A stretch of DNA of 64,000 bases from contig CM097882.1 of NCBI GenBank assembly GCA_044892505.1, positions 487,754,001 to 487,818,000 on the forward strand, written 5' to 3'. The stretch comes from Schmidtea nova (lineage: Eukaryota). Shown here in pieces: positions 55,824 to 64,000 of this stretch (position 1 is its first letter; every line of letters starts with the position of its first letter). The translations under genes were made by a program, and so were the position numbers. The notes under the pieces are model-generated. The model was not told the DNA's origin. It did no database searches and saw only the letters and a list, made by a program, of their open reading frames with translations.

Positions 55824-56393
55824 ATGAATTTAAAAGCTGCTCAGAAAGAGATAGAAAAAATGTGGCGAATTCGAAGAGCCCAGGATAAAGGGTTGGGTTC
55901 CCTCCAGGAAAGCTTGACCAAAGCGGAAACGCAAATTTCCTACCTGCGCAAGAGTTGGTTCGCTCCCGCTCGAATGAAAGAGCAGATAGCGAAAACGGAG
56001 CGAGCGCAACGGACGGCCGATGATTACCGAATGGAGTGGGAAGCCACCAAGATTGAGCTCCACAAGTGCCTTCATTCTGTAACAGCCTCCTACATTGAAC
56101 GAGAGTTGAAAGACCAAATACGGCCAAAAACCTATCAAGGGTGGGTTACTGAGAAGAAGATGGGAACGTCGATCGGTACAGACGTCGAGGGTCTTACAGT
56201 GGCAAACACAGGGACGCAACCAGAGAGCGGTGACAACAACCCCATAGTCAGTACGCACCAAAAGCGTAAGAGAATCGGACAGAAAAGGCGTCGACAACGA
56301 AAGCTCTTCGCCCAGAAATTACAAAACCAGATAGAAGCGCTACACAAATTATCCGAAGAGGAATTGTTAAATGAGGTGTTCCCTCCGGAATAA
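55824..56393 (+). CDS. LTR ORF-B copy (189 aa, cut short by the LTR truncation)
   Basis: Nearly identical to 42136-42732. Confidence 0.65.
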   Translation: MNLKAAQKEIEKMWRIRRAQDKGLGSLQESLTKAETQISYLRKSWFAPARMKEQIAKTERAQRTADDYRMEWEATKIELHKCLHSVTASYIERELKDQIRPKTYQGWVTEKKMGTSIGTDVEGLTVANTGTQPESGDNNPIVSTHQKRKRIGQKRRRQRKLFAQKLQNQIEALHKLSEEELLNEVFPPE

Positions 56394-57249
56394 GAAGGAA
56401 TACTATATAAAGGGGAAACAAAATTTCATGAGTTTTGATTGGCTAATTCATCATATGTAAATTTAATTTCCATAATAAAATTTTTGATTATTTTTAGATT
56501 TTTGGAATTCCTTTTCTACTGGATGTTCCTAAGTAAATTGATTTTATGTTGTTACTGTATATCTAATGATTTTAGCCCAAATGTCAAATTCAGACTCCCT
56601 GATGAAAATTCTGAGTGGAACTGACGAAAACGAGAATCAGATTTTTTCTATCTGCTATAATAGAGGTAATTTTTTTGTTGTCAACAAACGCAATAAATAT
56701 GTAAATTTTTCAAGATTTTAAATTCGTTTTATTGTGAATTGTCAATCAGTTTGACTTTTACTTCGAGAGAACAACATTCTCTCTGGATAGTTTGAAAATG
56801 GAAGATTCGCTATCGCAATTTTCATACAACTTACATTCGATCTCGTTGGATCATTCACTTCGTCAGTGTCTGGATATCGCTATAATCTCAACTTATGGAA
56901 TTTATCTTATTTGTGATGTGGCATTTTCTAGCCAGGTTTCTTCAAAACTGTTGTAAGTGAATGTGGTCAAAATGTTTTATTTTGGTAAATAGAATTTTTG
57001 TTAGTTGGAATTTTTTAAGTCAATAACTTTTTGATATAATATTTTTGTCTGGACTTTTAATTAATATTAATACAAATAGGGAGTGATGTTTTTAGGAGTT
57101 GCAGTTTGGTGAATTAATGCTCGAAGTCCAAAATATGTTACTAAGAGGCAGCACAAGAATCTTGAAGTCAGAATTCTACGCATGAACAGCTAAGCAACAA
57201 TTTTAATATGAAAACAAAATTTTGATTTGCAATTAATTATTGATACAAA

Positions 57250-57465
57250 ATTTTGATCTTCTAAATAGGCAGCTGGGAAGTTGGGTATTACCTTGGTGAG
57301 TGAATTGAAGGCATAAAGTTGAAAGTGCTATCTGTGCTTTTTTTGGCGTGTTTTCACTTAACCACTTCGGTTTTAAATGATGTTTTTGGTTAAAATAGAA
57401 TCTTGCGCGCTCTCTACTTGTGGTGTTACCGCTGCATTCAAACAGTTTGCAGTTTTGGCCCAACA
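57250..57465 (-). repeat. Probable LTR 5' end of a third family
   Basis: Minus strand TGTTGGGCCAAAACTGCAAAC...GTAGAGAGCGCGCAAG; homologous to 60592 and 59846. Confidence 0.5.
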
Positions 57466-57818
57466 ATTGTTTACTGATGTCTAACTATTTGTTGCATTAC
57501 GAACGTTGCATTGTAGCGGGCAACAAGATCGTTAACTAATGTTTTGTGTTGAGTTATTGATGATGAGCCATAGCAACATCAAGGTCGTATTGACGATCAA
57601 CAACCAACCAGTAATCATTTTGACAATCCGATTAATCTTATCCATCTTATCAATTTTATCTTTCACGTTTTATTTGATTAATTTTGTGTATTTTAAATGC
57701 TAATGATGAGCATTTAATGTGTGGATACACATATGAACATAAAATATAAGTATAGTTAATATTATTATTAATAGTATAGATAAAAAAATAAAAATTTTTA
57801 TTGTTTAGTTAAATATTT

Positions 57819-58534
57819 GGTAAAAGCCCGATATAGCGTCGGTAATTATTTACAAGATTTAATTTTTATTAAATTAAATTTTAAATGCAAAATGGCGTCG
57901 GTAATTATTTTATTAAATTAAATTTTTAAAAAAATTTTAAAAAAATTAAATTAAAAAAATTAAAAAAATTAAAAAAATAAAAAAAATTTAAGCCTGTATA
58001 GAAGCTCACATTTTGCCAGGGACACATATAATGTCTGATGGGTGGGCTGCATATGCAAATATAGATCAAATCAGACATGGAATATATGAGCATTCCGTTG
58101 TTGTGCACCAACGTAACTTCGTCGATCCTAATGACTCCGAAGTGCATACTCAGAACATCGAGAACATGTGGATGAGGGCGAAGAGGAAGTTGAAAAGACA
58201 ATTTGGAACAAGTCGCGCGTTGTTTCCATCATATCTGCGTATCGTAACCAATTTCGACGCACAGACTTGTTTCCAAACTTCTTAATTACTCTTATGGATA
58301 ACTATCCGTGAATTACTTTTCGTGATGTTGTTTACTTGAAATACAATTGCGCTGTTTTAGTGTATTTTGATGTGAATAAATTTTTAAATTTTTTTTTTTT
58401 AATTTTTTTTTTTTTTAATTTTTTTTTAAATTTAATTTAATAAAATAATTACCGACGCCATTTTGCATTTAAAATTTAATTTAATAAAAATTAAATCTTG
58501 TAAATAATTACCGACGCTATATCGGGCTTTTACC
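57819..58534 (+). mobile_element. Merlin / IS1595(ISXO2)-type non-autonomous DNA transposon (716 bp)
   Basis: ~107-bp inverted repeats, perfect by eye, starting GGTAAAAGCCCG, each with two CGTCGGTAATTATTT units; internal transposase C-terminal fragment. Confidence 0.82.
58013..58285 (+). pseudogene. DDE_IS1595/Merlin transposase C-terminal fragment
   Basis: PGTHIMSDGWAAY...HSVVVHQRNFVDP...HTQNIENMW...K. Confidence 0.85.
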
Positions 58535-59845
58535 TATTTAAAAATTAAAAATATTTAAATTACATAATCAGAATTAGGTATATAAGGATAGCAAAATTAT
58601 AAGAAAACCACCAAAAAATCAACCTTCTAATTGTAAGCCCAAAAATTTTTAGAGTTAAAAAATATCACTTCAAAAGTTACTCCGTAGAAATATTTGCTGA
58701 TTTAATTCTTCAAAAGTTTGAGAACATTATTTTTTGAAATTGTTAGTGCTAAGAATTTTTGGAATTTTTTTTTTGTTTAATAAAACATTTATTTTGACAT
58801 ATCTTAGTTAATTACGTAATAAACCAGTACACGTTGAGATTTCAATAATCGAGACATCATTTCAATAATTGAGACCTCAATAATATTTAATTAAAACAGG
58901 TAGTAAGAATATATTATTCATTAGGAATTGATTAAATAATTACATCAAATATTAACCGCCTATAACAAGTTTGTTGGGAAGCAATGATTTTGTAGAAATA
59001 TAAAGGTTTTTTCAAAGAAAATTTGGCTTTAATCTTCAAAAAAACAATTTCATTTTCAACCTAAGAATACGAAAATATTTTAATGTAATTTAAAAAATTT
59101 GTCTCATCATTGTACTGCATAACATTAGCAATTAAAACACATTTGCGTCTAAAATTTACCAAACGCCGATTTAGAGACTATAAATTTTAGCTAAAGTTGA
59201 ATAGAAATCGTTCATATTACATTATTATACTTTGACATTGGAAATAAGACTAAAATATTAAAAAATTAAAATATTTGATCTGGTGTTACTTTTAAATTAA
59301 AAAAATAATCATTTATCAAAATAAATAAATGTTACATACCAAAACTGGGCTTTGAGAAACTTATTCGATATAATGATGAAAACAATATTAAAAGGTTTTA
59401 AAAGTGAAATATAATTCGGTCTTAATTCAAATATTCACTTTCTATAATTTTGATACGCTAAGATAATCATGTTTCGTAAACATATTACCTTCTCGATGGT
59501 GCTAGGCATGTTTATAATTATAATTTATTTGAAAATATTAATAATTAAAAGAAAATTATGTACTTTGTTAAATATTTATTATAATGACTATAAGCTAGGT
59601 TTAATTTATGACATATACAAAATTGATTTGTCAAAAATTGATTTACAAAACAAAAATTTAGATATTGATTTAGAAAGAATTCAATTATTTTGTTTTAAAG
59701 AATTTTTATAATGCCAAGTAAAAATATATATATATAACGGGAAATTATAAATTTAATTTATAATTGTTCTAATAAGTGAATCAAAATATATTGAATATCA
59801 TTAAATAGAGAATATTTATTTCAATTTATCACAAACAGTAACAAA

Positions 59846-59910
59846 TGTTGGGCAAAACTGAGATTTTTAAAATGAAATTGTAACACAGCATGTAGAGCGC
59901 GCAAGAAGTA
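59846..59910 (+). repeat. Short copy of the third-family LTR start
   Basis: TGTTGGGCAAAACTG...GTAGAGCGCGCAAG. Confidence 0.4.
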
Positions 59911-60591
59911 AACTTAAAATTTCATCATGAGAAACACCAAGAAAAACAAACTGACAACAAAACAACAAATAAAATTTTATACAAAAATAATAATTTAATT
60001 TGGCTTAAAATTGGTGGGTTATTGGGTTGTTATTGAAGTTTGAAATTGACCAATCGAAATTCTGACTCCGAATGCGTGCTTTATTAATTAATAGAATAAC
60101 AATTTCAACATGAATCTTTATTGATATCACAACTGGTTTCAGAATTACACTGATATACCCAATCAACAATCTAAAATAATTATACAGTGCTTATTTCAAC
60201 ACTATTTTGAGGAATAGCAATCGTGTATAATTTTAATCTAACGATCACCAACTACTGATTTATATTCAATAATGGGTAACAAACTATTGTTTTCTTCGCT
60301 TTGACTTGAACTTTGGCTTACAAACTTTTTAACAAATTTCTCAATAATCAACTTCCAATAAATTTTCAATATTTCATTTCACGATAAAGTTTCTCGATCA
60401 ATTTTCTCTGCAATTCTCTCCAATAAAACTTCATCACAATTCTTCTGTTAAAAACTCGTGTACAAGAACTTCTCCAAATTCTTCTCCATAATTTATTTCA
60501 CAAATTTTCCTTTCAAAACTTCTCAGCAAAACTTCTGTCTAAAATATTTTAAAATACCTAATACAGGATAACGAAGGCATGATCTCACTAG

Positions 60592-60720
60592 TGTTGGGCA
60601 GAAACTGCAAATTGTTTTAATAAAGCAGTAATCCATAAGTAGAGAACGCGCAAGACTCAATTTTAACCCAAGCATTCATTGAAAACCAAAGTGATTAAGA
60701 GGAAAACGTCAAAAAGGTGA
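60592..60720 (+). repeat. Copy of the third-family LTR start
   Basis: TGTTGGGCAGAAACTGCAAA...GCGCAAGACTCAATTTTAACC...AAAACCAAAGTGATTAAG aligns with the reverse complement of 57340-57465. Confidence 0.5.
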
Positions 60721-61310
60721 AGTGGACTCATGCACAGTAACCAGTAGAGTACGCGCTAGCTGTGAATTTGCAAGTTCCTTTACTGAAATCTCGAGAAAAA
60801 TTAAATATCATCAAAAGAAGAACGTTTGAAAGTTAGAATAAGCGGAAAACCCATTGAAAATGCCCACAAAAAACAAAATTTTGTCGTAAACCTTCAGTGC
60901 AGAAAAATTAACACAATTTTAGGAGAGAATTGTGATTCTATCACAAAATTTTACAATTAACAATAGAAAGAATTAATATTGATCGAAATATCATAAATTA
61001 AATCAAATCGAACAAATTTCGATTTCAAAATTAAAATTTTGAATTAAAATAAATTTTTTATGGTTTATAAAAAATTATTATACAAAAATATGGAGTTAAT
61101 TTTCGGAAAATCATTAGAAAAAATTTAGAAAAAATTAAAAAGAAAATTCTAGAACAATTAGTTTTATTGCACTAGTGAAGATAGCGCAAAATCGATGGTA
61201 TATATACCGCCATCAAAATGGCAATAATCAGAATTTTGCTAAAATTTTCCAGAAAATTTGTGAGAATTTGTTAAAATTTTCTCAAAAAGAAACTTTCCCG
61301 AGAATTTGTT

Positions 61311-61422
61311 GTAAACTTTCCGAAGAATTTCAGAATTTAATTTCAGAATTTGATTTGTAAACTTTCCGAAGAATTTCAGAATTTAATTTCCAAATTTAAT
61401 TTGTAAACTTTCCGAAGAATTT
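61311..61422. repeat. 46-bp tandem repeat, ~2.5 copies
   Basis: gtaaactttccgaagaattt at 61311, 61357 and 61403. Confidence 0.85.
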
Positions 61423-64000
61423 GTTCTAAAAATTTCCTTTCCGAAAAAATTGGAGTGGACAAACGTAAGGGTTAATTTGATTTTTTTATTACTTTTATTG
61501 GGGATTTGAATGGTCGTTTATCATGCCTAACGATCATCCCATTATTCGCCCTTTGTTATTTAATATGTTATTTATTATTTTATTAATTATGTAATTTTAT
61601 ATTATTAAAATATTTAATGATTAGCAGCTTAGCTTTTATCAATTTTTCTTGTTATTATTATTATTATTATCAGTTACAAATTCCCAACATAATTCAGAAA
61701 AAATCTCATTGCAAGTAGTAAACTAGATAAAATTATGAAAAATAAAGAATTTTTTTTTCTCCCATATCTTCTGACGATCCGTCCAGCCTTGCTTTGTGCG
61801 GATTTGTTAGTAGCCTGGGTGGATCGTTGTCTGATTGGTAATCGGCCAGCCCATATTTCCACTTTAAGGTGAGGCTCATACATCCATAATTACGCCATCC
61901 CAACTGGGAAATCGTGGTATGGCCAAGAGCAAGGATTTGTTATATTAATGATCTTTATAGAGTAGCATATTCTTATTATTTTACATAAGCAATTTCGTAA
62001 AACAACATAACATTCTCCAAATCATGTCTTGAAATCTAAAATAGGAAATATTGCTGAATAAAATCGACTCGCACTCTCCTTCGCCTTCACCCTCACAACA
62101 ACCGTCATTTTATCCGAAAACGCAAGTAAAATGGAAGCTAATATTGAAAAGAGAATCGTTCGAAAAAATGTTCAAAACTAGTATAATGATCACGAAATGA
62201 AACGAATTGTGAAAACAAGTATTGATTTGATCTGAATTAAACTCATTATTGTCTAAATAATTTTCTCCAGTGAACCTTGTTTTCGGGAGCCTGAAGTTCC
62301 TAAGTGAAGCGTCCCGAAAAAATTCGCGCGCACTTTAGTTGGGAAATTCATGCTCGAATGAAATCGAAATTCACTTTACTCGATGTCGGAAAATATTCAT
62401 TGAAGAATTTATAATTTATTTTATTTTTATTTTTATTCAGTGTATAAAACTTTTTAGATTGAATGCTTATTTGGATTTCGAAATTTATGGATAAAATTTT
62501 ATTATTATTTCATTTTGATCAAAAAATAAAAATTGACTTTTTATTATATTGCAAAAATTTTTTAATGAAAAAATTGTAAACCAAAAATTTTCCTAATATT
62601 GTTATTATATAAAAGATTTTGTCATTTTATAAAATTCCAAAGAATCTGTAAATCAAAAGTTATATCGAACTCCATAAAAATTATAGATCAAAATATTATT
62701 ATTATATTAAAATTTTTGTCATTTTATAAAATTCCAAATTCGAGATTTTATAGAAAAATTTTTCGATTAATATATATATTCTTAAAATATAAAAATTTAA
62801 ATTCAAAAATCTATATTATAAAAATTATAAATTTTATCATTATATAACTTTCATAAAATTATAAATTTGAAATTTATAAAAAGTATTATAAAAATTATTA
62901 TTATTATTTTAATTCTAAGAATATTTTATATAATTTATATATATTACTTTATAAAATACCCCCCTCGATATCTCAAAAAAAATTTACATCCATTTCATTC
63001 AATAGCATCGTCCATACTAATGCATAAGCAACATCTATTAAAAATACAATACACACACACCTCACCGTATCACTAAATAACATTCATTAACAACATACAC
63101 CCAAACAATTCATACAGAAAAGCTGCACAGTTATGTTAGTCTGCATTACACATCCCGGAAATTCATACAAAAAATTCACTCACTTACATCCATCCTTACC
63201 TATTTCACTCAACAACCTATTCAGCATACCGACACATACAATTACATATAATCACATACAATCATCCACATTTCACAATACACAGGACAATTCATACATC
63301 CATAAATCCATGCAGAAGCAGCTCATCCAACTATCAACATATATATAAAAGGCCAGATACAAAAAAACCCATTCGACAGTAATTTTAGGTATAAACTTTG
63401 TCCCATTCACTAACTCCCTATAATATTAATTGTTCCATCACTTGTACCCTTATCCCGTTTAATACCATGTAATATAAGTAAAAAAATTTATTTAGAATAC
63501 TCAACTTATACAAAAATTTTTTTTTTGAAAAATGTATCGCAACTTCTAAGTTCCCGTAAAAAGTTTTTATTGATTAGATCTAACCCTATCGGAAAATGTG
63601 ATACAAAAGTTATCAATAAAACTCGGTACCTAACAAATTAATTCCAAAATAGTTATACTAGATAAATTTAAAAGAACCAGGTAGTAATAAAATTTTGATA
63701 CATTACCTATAGGCAAAGAAAAATTGAAAAATTTCGATTTTTATTAATAAGATTTGACAAACAACAAAATGTATTTCTTTATGAAGATATACCGACTGAA
63801 ACATAATTCCACCAGAAAATGAATATATCGGTAGTGGATGTCCGTGTATTTTTTTTTGCCATTGGAATAGACTATAAAATTCCAAGCTTTCGGGAAGATA
63901 TGGGCATGATTTTTGAGAACGTTTGAGAACGTTTGTCGATTCGGATGTTTCTTTGAAATTGAGTGATTCAGTTAGTGGTTTGAGATGGATTTCCATTCTT

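Larger units (their letters stand above)
39949..56390 (+). mobile_element. Non-autonomous (Pol-less) cargo-bearing LTR element (element 2)
   Basis: Long, nearly identical direct repeats at 39949 and 53392, a PBS and a Gag with knuckles. No PR, RT, RH or IN motifs in the 10.2-kb internal region. The 3' LTR is truncated, so no TSD can be read. Confidence 0.88.
53392..56390 (+). repeat. 3' LTR of element 2, truncated (last ~470 bp missing)
   Basis: Starts TGTTGGGCCCGCC; similarity to the 5' LTR ends after CCTCCGGAA. Confidence 0.9.

Overview
Very AT-rich eukaryotic DNA, probably from an invertebrate animal because the cargo includes Bcl-2, TRAF and IAP-type RING domains. A planarian-like host is only a guess. 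The window is made almost entirely of transposable elements, and I found no convincing host gene, RNA gene or CRISPR array. (1) A young 15.8-kb Ty3/Gypsy element (13680-29511, minus strand; LTRs of 868 and 869 bp, 4-bp TSD GACT, tRNA-Trp PBS, PPT). Its single ~3,360-codon frame reads Gag(4 Zn knuckles)-Ubl-Ubl-Bcl-2-like-chuvirus/gB-type glycoprotein-PR-RT-RNaseH-IN-type-I membrane protein, and a separate REX4/ISG20-like DEDDh exonuclease ORF follows it. (2) A Pol-less LTR element (39949-56390, plus strand; 3.2-kb LTR, tRNA-Pro-like PBS). It carries Gag, an IAP-type RING, repeated Fn3-like/TM modules in frame with Gag, a TRAF gene, coiled-coil ORFs and a further membrane protein, most broken by a few stops or frameshifts. 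Its LTRs encode two unknown proteins (ORF-A, ORF-B) that recur as diverged homologues in a solo LTR (7552-9962) and at 38.0-39.3 kb. Every LTR start I could define reads TGTTGGG. The window also has two decayed hAT/Buster transposase fragments, an older pol fragment, a Merlin-type non-autonomous element, tandem repeats and two N gaps. All assignments are by-eye motif recognition; no database searches were run.
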